Below, one piece after another: positions 40,765 to 53,208 of a DNA stretch of 64,000 nt. Both the position numbers and the translations under genes were made by a program. Below the pieces are notes generated by a model, which was not told the origin of the DNA, made no database searches, and saw nothing but the letters and a program-made list of their open reading frames with translations. Numbering within the stretch: the first letter of the stretch is position 1; each line of letters begins with the position of its first letter. Origin of the DNA: Octopus vulgaris (Eukaryota); assembly GCA_951406725.2 (NCBI GenBank), contig OX597818.1, forward strand, positions 72,230,001 to 72,294,000, in the 5' to 3' direction.

Positions 40765-41370
40765 CACATCGTGGACAAACTCTCAAAGGCCTATCAGGAA
40801 TTCAGCCTGACAAAGGCCTATCAGGAATTCAGCCTGAAGAAGACCCAAGTAATGGGTCAAAGTGTCAAGCACGCCTCCACTATCACCATCAACAACTACA
40901 AACTGGGGGTAGCCCATCAATTCACCTATCTCGGCTCTACCATCGCTGATGACCTCTCCCAGGACCCTGAGTCGAATCAGAAAAGCATCCTCCACATTTG
41001 CTAGGCTCACAAAGAGAGTCTGGGAAAACGAAAACCTGGCTGCAAGCACCAGTTATGAAGTCAGTTGATCTGGACGTCCTGAGGTGGGAGGAGGTAGCAA
41101 ATGATCGCCCATACTGGAAGCAATTACTGCAAAAGGGAATAAAGAGTGGAAGAAAAACAGGTACTCGCCATCACAGAAGAACTCATTCGACGGAAGGAAA
41201 AAGTCACCAGCACCGGCAGAGTTCCTTCAAATGCAGTCGCTGTATGCGTGACTTCCACTCCGTGTGGACCTGTACATCCACAACAGACGCTGCACCTCCA
41301 GCAGCAGCTGACACGATTTCTTTGGGCGCAAATCCATGGCCTCTCGAGACCGACGGTCCCTACTACTAAA
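40765..41370 (+). mobile_element. RTE-clade LINE 3' fragments with internal deletions
   Basis: FSLKKTQVMGQ...ITINNYKL..AHQFTYLGSTI; WEEVANDRPYW; FKCSRCMRDFHS (C2H2-like tail); local tandem duplication of aaaggcctatcaggaattcagcctga. Confidence 0.8.
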
Positions 41371-41398
41371 TGATACTGTATATATACTTTTGCACACG

Positions 41399-41439
<41 letters not shown>

Positions 41440-41499
41440 ACTGCCTCCGGTATTCGAATACTATGTCTTCCACCTTTTCAAAAGTTCTGGCTAGAGGCT

Positions 41500-41659
41500 A
41501 AGCTTTCCAAGTTCTTTTTCAGGATTTAGAAAAACTGAAGGACTGCTGCAATAAGTGTGTGAATCTGAGATGGGGAATATGTTGAATAAAATCATAATCA
41601 ACTGATCATCTTGTATTTTCTTTTACTGAAAGCCAAGCACTCTTCAATACCCTTTCGTA
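41500..41659 (+). mobile_element. mariner 3'-end remnant
   Basis: FFQDLEKLKDCCNKCVNLR/GEYVE*, then the TIR-like cttcaataccctttcg-TA. Confidence 0.55.
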
Positions 41660-42509
41660 AATACAAGAATATATATGTGACGAAAAATGCTATTGCACTG
41701 ATTGGGGAATTCGAACTCCTTTGCTGCTGTAAACCGTAAACCTATATTAACCTCTACAATAAAATAACGCCACGACTCTTAACCGTCCAAGTTATTAAGA
41801 TTAATTTACGTAGCAAATCATTACCATAAACAAAAAATATCTCTTGCATGTTGTATAGTGAAATATCAATTTATACTATTAGAGATAACTAATTGTCAAG
41901 TTCCTTGTATTGAAGAACATATACATATATACATTGTGATACTCAAAAATATATGGAAAGAAATTCCTCCATCAATGACGAATATGTGTTTTGGTTTTAT
42001 GTATACACACATTGCAAGGCATGTGCAAGGTACATTCATTGCAATGTGGTATAATACTTTGTTTCTATGAGATAGATTCCCTCCGCTATGAAATCAAACC
42101 CCTCTGGTTGATGAGATGAGTAATTGTCTGATCATAATAATGCATTTAACTTAGTAAGATTAGCCTCAGAGGAAATGCTGATAGAAGGGAGAAGCGTCAT
42201 GATGTATTTGGTTTTATCTATTTTTTTATTTCATTTACTGAAAACAGCTTTACATAATCAACTGCGTGTATTGAAAAAGTCTGATATAATATATTTGATT
42301 AAAGTTTTTTTATATTTCAGATTGTCTACTCGAAATACATAGCCTAAATTTCTTTTGTTCCGTATTATAACTTTTTTCTAACTCTAGAATATTGTAAATG
42401 ATATATAATATATTTTAATCTTCAGAAATAATTGGTAAATTTAGAATAATTTTTATTAACAGCTATGTAATAGTATTACCCCAAATTACAGAAAAATTAA
42501 CTAAAATAC

Positions 42510-43020
42510 AACACTATCAGCAGTGAGCCTAAATTTGTAGCAGCCAAATTAAACGCGTACAATAGATTAAAATACATATATCATACTCTCAATGACCAGA
42601 AAGGAAAATTAGACGCTAGTCCAAACATTATATTAATCAGCTCACAATGGGCGACACCAGATTAATTAGTAAACACATTTTAAACAAGATTAATTGCAGA
42701 TTTAATAAAATCACAATTGGAACAATAGAAACAGCGTAATTAACATTAGTGGTAACGGTGATTGCAAGTTTTAAGAAATCGACTTTGTTATATTCTATCT
42801 ATCAGTTTCTAATTCTTTACACAGCGATGTAAAATTTGCTTAGACATATTGAACCATTAATAACACCGATATCAAAATCCTCATTATAATTATAAGGAAT
42901 ACGCCCAGATCAAAGAAACAAAAATGCATTCCATCCAAATGTATCTTGCAACACTGAGGCATTTATTCACGAAGGCCGTCTGTCTACAAAAGAAAAAGTT
43001 ACATATTTTGTGTAAACGTT
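42510..43020 (+). pseudogene. Highly degenerate PLE RT / GIY-YIG fragments
   Basis: LISKHILNKINC...WNNRNSVI...FVIFYLSVS parallels IISKEILDKIN...QWSNSIEVV...IVDFYASIS of the 1-3037 element. Confidence 0.5.
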
Positions 43021-43029
43021 CTGTTAGAC

Positions 43030-43210
43030 TGTCATGGGGTATAGTCATGCAAGTTAGTTCAATCCACGGCAGCAGGATTTAAACGACATGCAAAGATACA
43101 TGAAGCCCAGTTACAACTACAGCCGGCTATTACCGGTAAAGGTTTTAGCTGCCAATTCTGTACACATTGTAGATCTTTAGCTGGGCTAAAAAGACACATT
43201 CGATCACAGC
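43030..43210 (+). pseudogene. RTE LINE C-terminal C2H2-like fragment
   Basis: GFSCQFCTHCRSLAGLKRHIR. Confidence 0.45.
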
Positions 43211-43249
43211 ACCAATAACAGTTAAGCTTCGTGCAATGGCCATACTCAA

Positions 43250-44072
43250 TAACGAGGGGACCAAAACCGTAACAGGTATTTTGTGACATATGGACATGAC
43301 ACCAAACGTTCAGTTCTTGAATTTAAACATGTAGCAGTGCCCAAGGAACTTTTCCATATTACAAATACCGCATTTGCCACAACCGTTGGTATACGGTTTA
43401 CACTTGGCTAAGATCTTCCAGTAAATCTTGTAGTTGACACCTTGTTCTTTTAAGAACCATACATAACTGGATAATTTGGTAGTTTTTCGTTTATTCCAGT
43501 ATCTGAAGCTTAAGGTGTGATTGTTGAATCTTGCTTTGAGATTTTCTTCTGTGAGACCCACATATCTCTTAGATGAAACTGCATTATTAGCGTTCGTGGA
43601 ATTTACAGTGACTTCATATATAATGGCCTCGGTGATACATGCATCATTTAGTGGGCACAAGTCTTTATCCCTGCAGGAATAGCCGGAGTAATTATGGTTT
43701 TAAAGTTTGGGGTGGAACTAAAACTAATTTTTAAAGAGTCTTCTATATTTAGGAAATATTTACCTATATTAAAAGTCACTCGGTAGTGTAGGGAATGTGA
43801 ACCAGATAATTTTCCTGAGTCTATGGTTTTTCTTTATTTCTAGTTTAATAGTAGGTGTATAAGCTAGTTCCTCTTTAAATCCACTGGCTTTAAGGGCGTT
43901 GTTATATAGTGGGGCAGCATTATTAAATATGTTTATATTGGAGGAGAGGCTAGAAATTCTCCTACTAATATTCTTAATTAAATTCTTAAACACTATGGGT
44001 GGAGATGGCAAGAACCTACATTAATATAACTTAGTCTATCGGTGGGCTTTCTATAGGTTTTGTAAATATTCA
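43250..44072 (-). mobile_element. PLE fragment (RT thumb, linker, GIY-YIG), a diverged relative of 1-3037
   Basis: [45 protein letters not shown]...IIYEVTV...RYVGLTE...KARFNNHTLSFR. Confidence 0.9.
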
Positions 44073-44076
44073 TTTG

Positions 44077-44136
<60 letters not shown>

Positions 44137-44546
44137 CACACACAAACACACACACACACACACACATACATACATATATATATATATATATATGAATATG
44201 CATATACACATACGCAAACATATTTACAAGAATACAAACAAATCACAACTGTGTGAAGAACGGTCGACTGAAACTCGTATGAAATTTGTGGATGTTTTCG
44301 GTTGTAATAAATAGTGTATACACACACATAGACGCGTACACACACACACAAACAAGCATACACGGACACACACACACACACACACACACATACACACACA
44401 CACACACACACCCACAAAAAACGCATATTTGGAAAAAGCATTATTGAAAATAGCGATATGCATACTATTCATACACCACGAGCTGTAATTCCGTATCCCA
44501 AAGACACTTCTCCTAAAAGCAACTAGCTAAGAATGACGTCATAGAT

Positions 44547-44591
44547 CGTCAGGCACCTGGGTTTCAACTGGATTTTGATTCCTCGGTGACG
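44547..44591 (-). ncRNA. Degenerate hammerhead-like motif (CCGAGGA core)
   Basis: Minus strand cgtca-CCGAGGA-N14-GAAA-cccaggtgcc-tgacg. Stem I is perfect; stems II/III and the cleavage triplet are imperfect. Confidence 0.35.
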
Positions 44592-44657
44592 GACGCTATT
44601 TCTCATTCTGTGCTAAGTCTGAGAGTTCGTTCCAATATAAAAATTAACAAACAGCTT

Positions 44658-44750
<93 letters not shown>

Positions 44751-44918
44751 TGTCTGTCTGTCTTTCTGTCTGTCGGTATATCTAGCTATCTATATTATAT
44801 TTTGTATGTGTGGATCCAGAGTTGGTAGGAGTGGGGAATTGAAAGGGGATACATACATGCATGCATACATACATACATAAATACATACATATACATACAT
44901 GCATATATACACAAAGAT

Positions 44919-46162
44919 AGGGTGCGGTGTGTATAAATTGTCGTCTAAATTACGCAAAAATGAAAATAACACTGACTTCTTATTTTAACAGATATATTTA
45001 CCAAAATTACATAAAAATATCTTGAAATACCAAAGAGTAAATTTATTCAATAAACTCATCATTGGCTCCAACTACGGCCTCCACGACTTCGGAATCTCTT
45101 GCAACACATCTGGACGGTATGTTGGTGAATTCTGCCATAATATTTGCCTTCAGTTCATCTTTGGTGTTACATAGTTTTGTTGATCTCTCGCCCAACTGCA
45201 CCCAACACACAGTAATCGAGGGGTTGCAATCTGGGGAGTTAGATGGTCAGATCTTAGGGGTGATGTGGTTGCAGAAATTGTCTGACAGCCATAGCTGGAT
45301 TCTTCTGCTTGTGTGGCATAGTGCAAAGTCATGTTGCCAGACACAGGGTCTTCCAACAGCCACCCTCTTGACCTCGGGCAGCATTACCTCTTCCAGGAAC
45401 TTGATGTAGGCCTCCGTGTTGAGTATGAAGCCATGCGAAAAGATGAACGGAGGCATAACGTCACCATCACTAGTGATCACTCCAAACAACATGATGTTGA
45501 CTGGTTGTTTGATTTTTATAACTCTTAGTAAATGTTTTGGGGACTGGGAAAGCCAACGGTTGTTCTGTGCGTTCAGCATCGGATCCTGGCAGAAAGTTTT
45601 CCCGTCTGAGAAAAACCAAAGCATGTTCGGTTGGAGGGGATGCTTGAGTTTGTTCAAAAACTTCGTAGGGTGGTCTTTCGTCTTGTCCTTAAATACTTGG
45701 GGATTAAAATTGACCCTTTCTCATCTTGAATGAGGAATACCGAATGTCTTCATGCACTACCTACCTGATAAGAAACTCAGACACTCTCATGTTCCTGGCG
45801 ATGGAACTGATTCTTGAATCTCACCAGTATATTCCGAAGATATTTTCTTATCAAAACAATCAGAGTGACTTTTCCGATCTTCGTAATCACCATTAGACTC
45901 ATCCAACTCTTTACGAATCCTCGGCCCTGTCCTCAGATTGACACCCAAACGCTCTGAAATGTTCGTATTGGAGCTTCCGGCGCGAATGCCAAGCAATACA
46001 GTATATCATTTTCAAATTTCTGCCAGCGTGAATTGCGTCATAGTGGTGTTTTTCTCAAAGACGGTGCTCAAATGTTCCTACTATACTGTGTAGTCAACAA
46101 CAAAATATAAAAACAATGCGCATGCGCGAAATAAAATATATAGAATGGCGACAATTTACCCA
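44919..46162 (-). mobile_element. Tc1/mariner maT (DD37D) transposon with a defective transposase
   Basis: WFFSDGKTF...NAQNNRW...VWQHD-x37-D (I*PSNSPDCNPLDY). Partial TIRs taaattgtcg (~44935) / cgacaattta (~46149). Confidence 0.85.
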
Positions 46163-46164
46163 AT

Positions 46165-46510
46165 ATGGTTCCGTATTCATTCCCACTGTGTGGCACCTTG
46201 GGCAAGAGTTTTCTACTATAACCTCGGGTCGACCAAAGCCTTGCGAGTAGAATTGGTAAACGGAAACTGAAAGAATCCTGTCGTATATATACATATTTAT
46301 ATATGTATGTGTTTGTGCTTATCCCCCCAACATCGCTTGGCTAACAATGCTGGTGAGTTTATGTCCCCGTACCCTATTGGTTCGGCAATACAGACCAATC
46401 GAATAACTAAAAAGCTTACAAAAAATAAGTGCTGGAGTCGAATTGGTCAACTACAATCCTTTAAGAAGGTGCCTTAGCATGGCCGAAGTCAAATAACTGA
46501 AGCAAATAAA
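46165..46510 (+). mobile_element. SINE family A abutting the maT right TIR
   Basis: cccactgtgtggcaccttggggcaag...cgaccaaagccttg. Confidence 0.75.
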
Positions 46511-47749
46511 AAAATTATATATATATATATCAATAATATTTATACTCCAATTTGTTTTTGTGCGTACCCGACGCGTGTGTCACGCTTAGGAAAAAGAAAT
46601 TGTTGAAAGAAATTTTGTTGTTTAACTAAGAATTTTTCATTGAATCTCTTGTGAATTACTACTTCTCAACACCCATGCCTACTGAGCCACCGAAGCAGCA
46701 ACGAAGTGAATGAGAAAATTCAGATGCTTAAATTTAAGGCGTGTGTCGAGTAAGGGAGAGAGGAAGTAAGAGAGGAAGAGAGAAAGTGAGAGGTAGTGGC
46801 TGACAGATATTTGAATTCCTATCTACGACTGAACTGAAATTAATTCCTGGTTATTAAAGGCCCAACCAAACATACACACACACACACACACACACATACA
46901 CATTTGTTTTACGTCTTCTACCCATTTGAATTCGGCCATACACCAGATAGCATGTTAAATCTTATGTTCCGAAATTAAAATTTTGAATTTGTTTTAATTA
47001 TAAAATTACACCTCAGATAAAAACATCTTTTGGCTTTCGAATACAACCTTTTCTTTCTCTTTCTATATTTTTTGTTAAGTAAGAATTTCTGTTTTGGTCA
47101 GGATCTTTCTAATTTCTTTTTTCTGGTATCAAGTAATGGACGAAAGCATTAAAAATTAAATACATAGAACTGAACAAAATAAGAAATATTAACTCTATTT
47201 TCTCACTTTCCTTAATCTTAACAAGAGCATAGTATGAGAGAAATTTGTCTGTTACTTCTAGCAAACTGAACAACAGCACAGAGTTGTTCAGTTGGCTTAT
47301 TTGTTGATGCTTATAAGTAAATAAAAACTAAAACACACACACACACACACATGAATATATGTGCGTGTGCGATAATAAGTGTCGCGTGGTGGAAATAAAC
47401 GCAACTTTCCATTTCTATATTTTTTGTTAGAATTTCTGTTTTGGTCAGGATTTTTCCAATTTCTTTTTTCTTGTATCAAGCAATTGACGAAAGCATTAAA
47501 AAAAAGTAAATTCATAGAGCCGAACAAAATAAAAAAAAATTAATTCTATTTTTTCCCTTTACTTTTCAGCTTCTTACAATATAATTAATTACTGTATCCT
47601 ATATACTGCTTCCTTGCATATAAGGTGAGTATTTCAGAAATATTTTCACTTTTTAAACAAAAACTGTCTAATACATTCGTATATATTTTTCAATTGAAAC
47701 ATTCAGAATCATAATGAAGATTTATTGTTTTAATAACAAGTTTTAAAAT

Positions 47750-48100
47750 ATGGATAATCGCATGAGGGACGCAGCACGAGAGCGTCTGCATTGAAGGAGA
47801 GAACGGTTGCGCGAGGAACAGCGAATGAGACAGAGAAGAAACGAAATAAGCAAAGAAGAGAGTGAGCGTATCGTACGGCATGGGAGGGAAAGAAATCAGC
47901 AAAGGATGGAACAAATGAGCCAGGACCAAGGAGAAGTGTATTTTCAAAATAGGAGAGATAAATATCAACAGAATCGAGAACACATGAGTCAAGACCAAAG
48001 AGGGCTGTACTTAGAAAGTGAGAAACAGTGCTATATTTCTTTCGGCGTATCAGCAAATCACAAAATCGCACCAGCCATCATCACCACCACCTCCAAACCC
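47750..48100 (+). pseudogene. Arg/Glu-rich ORF with 23-aa repeats (STPR-like; probable Helitron protein N-terminus), with an in-frame TGA at 47792
   Basis: ISKEESERIVRHGRERNQQRMEQ / MSQDQGEVYFQNRRDKYQQNREH / MSQDQRGLYLES. Confidence 0.45.
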
Positions 48101-48101
48101 G

Positions 48102-48140
<39 letters not shown>

Positions 48141-48145
<5 letters not shown>

Positions 48146-48625
48146 TGAGGGTGATAAATTGAATATTAATTTACTTAACATCAATTTGAAAAATTCAGAA
48201 AAATTTTATTACATGCGTATAAGAAGAGATGACCACTAAGTGGATATCCAATATGCTAGAAGTAGATCACCTACGATCTGGCCACAAAGAAAAGATTGTT
48301 CTGTAGCAAAATTCAGCAAGCGCCCTAATATAAGCTGGTAAGACAGACGAAAATATATAAAATAAAGAATTAATCGTAGACCGATTTCGCCATTAACGAC
48401 TTTACTTACGTAACACCGTCCGTGGACTCTTCAGTACGACCGTTCTAATTCAATATAATTTGAAGAACTGTATACGGATTGTCCTCATAAAATTAGACGT
48501 GTGTACAATTCTACCGATTACATTGGGGTTATTTTCAAATGTCTTAGCTCTGGCGGTTAGATCATAGGTGATCTACTTTTAGCATATTGGATGTCCATTT
48601 AGTGGTCATCCCCCCTTATACGCAT
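48141..48625 (-). mobile_element. Fold-back insertion in (TA)n: tail + ~78-bp arms (48213-48290 / 48549-48625), with a hammerhead in the loop
   Basis: ccaatatgctagaagtagatcaccta vs taggtgatctacttttagcatattgg. Confidence 0.82.
48374..48439 (-). ncRNA. Minimal type I hammerhead ribozyme (GUC site)
   Basis: Minus strand tcgta-CTGAAGA-[gtcca...tggc]-GAAA-tcg-GTC-tacga. Stem I tcgta/tacga; near-palindromic stem III ATCGGT. Confidence 0.75.
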
Positions 48626-48671
48626 ATATATATATATATGTATGTATATATCAAAATGTATATATTTATGT

Positions 48672-48888
48672 GTGTGTGTTTGTGTTTTTTTGTCCCGCCA
48701 CCACAATTGCTTGACAACCAATATTGGGGTGTTTGCGTCCTTGTAACTTAGCTGTTCAGTATATGTGACTGATAGAATAAGCACCAACCTTATCGGGAAT
48801 ACGTCCAGGGTTCAATTTTTCAACTAAAGGGTGGTGCTCCAGCATTGCTACCGTCAAATGACTGAAATAAGTAAAAGAATAAAAGAAT
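48672..48888 (+). mobile_element. SINE family A 3' half
   Basis: gcttgacaacc...gatagaataag...ggtgctccagcat...actgaaataagtaaaagaat. Confidence 0.7.
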
Positions 48889-49054
48889 ACGAGAAAAACG
48901 TTCCGTACCACTAAACCAAGAGGGTTCTATGAATATTTACGATGTATTTTAAGTCTAAATAATAATTCTGTTTACCTTTGCGTAACTGAAATATTTTGGT
49001 TGGATTATATAGTTATGTTTTACACTTTTTCTGTATTCTGTAACAGTCGCAATA

Positions 49055-49438
49055 TACTTTTCTACTATAGCCACAAGTCCTGAAATTTTTGGCGGGAGGA
49101 GGCCAGTCGATTAGATCGACCCCAGTACGCAACTGGTACTTAATTTAACAACCCGAAAGGATGAAAGGCAAATTTGAACTTAGAACGTAAAGACAGTCGA
49201 AATACCTATTTAACTGCCAACAAGGGGCTACACAGAGAGAGGACAAACAAGGACAGACAAACGGATTAAGTCGATTATATCGACCCCAGTGCGTAACTGG
49301 TACTTATTTTATCGACCCCGAAAGGATGAAAGGCAAAGTTGATCTCGGCAGAACTTGAACTCAGAACGTAGCGGCAGACGAAATACCGCTAAGCATTTCG
49401 CCCGGCGTGCTAACGATTCTGCCAGCTCGCCGTCTTTA
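49055..49438 (-). mobile_element. Two tandem SINE family B copies
   Basis: cccgaaaggatgaaaggcaaa occurs twice. Confidence 0.75.
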
Positions 49439-49589
49439 ACTGTGACAATATAGAAGCATTTCTCATGGCACCAGCACACAATTTACAGATGGTTTTTTAT
49501 ATTTTCCGTGAATTTTTCACGGGTTCAGCTAGTATATATATATATATATATATATGTGTATATATACATACATATTTGAAAGGATATAT

Positions 49590-49652
<63 letters not shown>

Positions 49653-49755
49653 CACACACATATTTGTATGAAGTATGTATACATGTGTATATATATATTT
49701 ATATGTATATCTATATACATCTATTTATATCTATATATCTGTCTGTCTGTCTGTC

Positions 49756-49797
<42 letters not shown>

Positions 49798-50100
49798 AAA
49801 CATTTATAAAGAATATGGAGACTTGTGTACCATCAGCTTTTTTCTTATAATTTACCATTGGTCATACGGTATTATTTGTTTGCTCGTACCAAGTTTTCAT
49901 TGATGTTTAATGATGCGGTTAGTCTTAACATAGGATATATATGAGAGCTACCCTATGGTACTCACCTGGATAATTTATCCCTATATACTCACCTCATTAT
50001 ATATATCTTCTATCTACCGTCTCTTATTAATCAAATACCCAACGAACACTGAGAAAGGGAATCGTGCTTTACTGGTAAACTACCAGATCTACATCTTGCG

Positions 50101-50155
<55 letters not shown>

Positions 50156-50714
50156 TGCATGCATATATATATATCTATACATATTTATAAATGCATATAC
50201 GTACATCCATACAGTAGATGCTCACTTCTTTCCGGTCACATCATTCTCCATCAACGTTTTGTTCTTCAAATATAATAGAATGTCTTGAAGATCTCATGTG
50301 TATTGAGAGGAAACTAGTTCCAAACTAATTATATTTGGCGTTTTATGACGACAGAAGTACATTTATCATTTCATTGTCCATCACTTATTAACATGAAACA
50401 TACCTATCACTCTAACTGTGTGTCTCCAACATAATCAACCGTAGTTACTCTCCTTAAACCAATCTATCCAAACCATTGCTATTAGCGTTACTGAAATTTT
50501 TTTTTTTTTACGTGTGAATGTCATTAAACTGCAAAATTTAATTATTTTCTTGTAGTCCAGGCAAGGTTTAATTGGGTTGATTTACATTTTCGTTTCCCAG
50601 AACATATGTTTAGAGGCACTGAATATATAAATGATGGGTAGAGAAAGAATCAGCGAACTATTTATGTATATGCATATATATAATATATAATACATAATAT
50701 ATAATATATATATA

Positions 50715-50775
<61 letters not shown>

Positions 50776-50776
50776 G

Positions 50777-50809
<33 letters not shown>

Positions 50810-51075
50810 CATGATATATATATATAATATATATATATATAATATATATATGATATATATATATATATACATATACAGACTCACACATATATATGTATAT
50901 ACACTTACACATATACATCTACACACATTCACACACACATTATATATTTGTGTGTGCATGTGTGCTTGTGCTTTTAATTGAAAATAAATGACATTTGCTT
51001 TGTTATGCTGATAGTTTAGGTTTTTAGCCCTCAGACCTTAGAGGTATAATGAGAAAAATAAACATCTCTGTTACG

Positions 51076-51136
<61 letters not shown>

Positions 51137-51654
51137 CACATCTCTCTTTCTCTCTCTCTCTATATATATACATATATATATACATATATATACAAATGTA
51201 CATATATATATATGTATATATACATATACATATATATATGCTTATATATACGAATACGTGTATATATGTGTGTGTGTGAGCGTGAGTGTGCCTGTCTGTC
51301 TGTGTCTGTGTATGTGTCTGTGTGTATGTCTGTATGTAGATGATGCACGATGTACTTCAGGATACATAATTACTACTATATTACTTTCACCAAACGAATT
51401 AAAAGGTTTTGGTGTCTTTCGGAAACCTCATGATAGACAATATTTCACCAAAAGAAATGAAATGACATAGACTTAGATATTACCAGATATATCCTTCATT
51501 TGCTTTTCGCACCCCGTGCGTGCGTGTGTTGATATACATACATACATACATACATATATACATACATACATACATACATACACACATACATACATACAAA
51601 CAGACACCCCCACACACACATATACATATGTGTCTGTACTTGTGTATGTATGTA

Positions 51655-52771
51655 CAGTGTGTCCCAAAATTAAGGCAATCAATTTTTTTCAATTTTGCAA
51701 AAGAGAAATATTGCTATATTTCGAGTCCAAGGACTGCAATGCTATGGTAAAGGAAACACAATTATAACATTACTGAATTAATTAGACATGACCATCTCTG
51801 TTTCGAATCACAGCCTTAAGTTTAGGTGCGAATGCTTCACATGTTGAGATCGGAGTTTCTTGAGGGCCATACATCCTTGCTTATGAACGACGAAATATTT
51901 TGTATCTGTTTGGAGCTGCGGGATGGTGCCAAGACCTGTTGGAGGCCCCAAGATGTGCCTTGATAGTGCTCCTTCGCCTATGGAAGCAGTTTAGCTTCCA
52001 GAATGTCACTAATGTATCGTTGAGTGTTACTTTTAACACCCGAGGGTACAAAACGAGGTAAGATCTCCCAGTGGCTGTCACATCACCCAAACAATAACTG
52101 TCAGTGGTGGGATTTTGATGTCGATTTACGAGTCTACTCTCGACGGAACCAGATACATTCCAATGTCATTAATTCTGGTGGTTTACTGTCTGTTCGATGT
52201 CAAATTTTGTTTCATCAATTAACACCAAGTTGAGCAGCGTGCTTTCAGCAATTTGACGCAGGATAAGACGACTTCTCTTCAATCTCATAGACTTATAAAC
52301 TTACGTGAAGTCATGACAGTGGATCATCTTGTTGCGGTGATTCTTGAGATCCTCCTTCAGCACTCGATACATCGATGTTCGGCTCACTTTTGCTGTGGCG
52401 GCCAGTTTTCTGACGCAACGACGAAGATTTTGCCGTATATTTCCTTTGGTCCACTAACTTCTTTTTCAGCCTCATCCACGTCGATCAGCGGTGGAACCAG
52501 TCTCTTGAAATTTCTTGACAATTTTCCAGACTGTTGTTCAGTTAATTTTAAGCTTTTTTTGCTATAGCAGTATTACTTTCATCTCCTTTGTGGAGGGCTA
52601 CGATTGTATTTCAGTCTATAGCCATTATCCAATTAATAAATCTGAATTTTGGTCTGAAACAAAAAGAAGACACAATAAGCTTTTATAATGATATAGTTTT
52701 CATATCTTGTCACATTTATTGATAGTTATTAAAATCCGAAACTTCTGTTGCCTTAATATTAGGACACCCTG
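51655..52771 (-). mobile_element. Second Tc1/mariner (maT-like) element with both TIRs, a TA TSD and a decayed transposase
   Basis: TA-cagtgtgtcccaaaattaaggcaa ... ttgccttaatattaggacaccctg-TA. Minus-strand remnants IWFRRE, WGDVTATG, LQQVLAP, WPSRNSDLN. Confidence 0.8.
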
Positions 52772-52779
52772 TATGTATG

Positions 52780-52813
<34 letters not shown>

Positions 52814-53133
52814 TGTATGTATGTATGTATGTATGTATGTATGTATGTATGTATATTCAAATATGCCATCTTACCCAAACTTATTTCTTTAAAAATTATA
52901 TGATTACACCTCAAGTATTTCATCATGTGATCGATATTGATGGAAACGGATTGAAACCTAATTTACATTCCTGTTCGGTCGTTCTGATCGCGTAGTCACT
53001 GTAATAATGTCACGGCAAACAAACTGTTCTAAATATATTACAACACCGAAATCCTCGATCTATCATGCCGAAATGCATTATAGAACTGTCAATTGTCCAT
53101 CCCTCCCTCCCTCCATCCATCCCTCCATCCATG

Positions 53134-53208
<75 letters not shown>

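Noticed and set aside
44243-44290. Hammerhead-like cacaa...GAAGA...GAAA...ttgtg
   Set aside because: The core is interrupted (ctgtgtgaaga) and there is no valid cleavage triplet.
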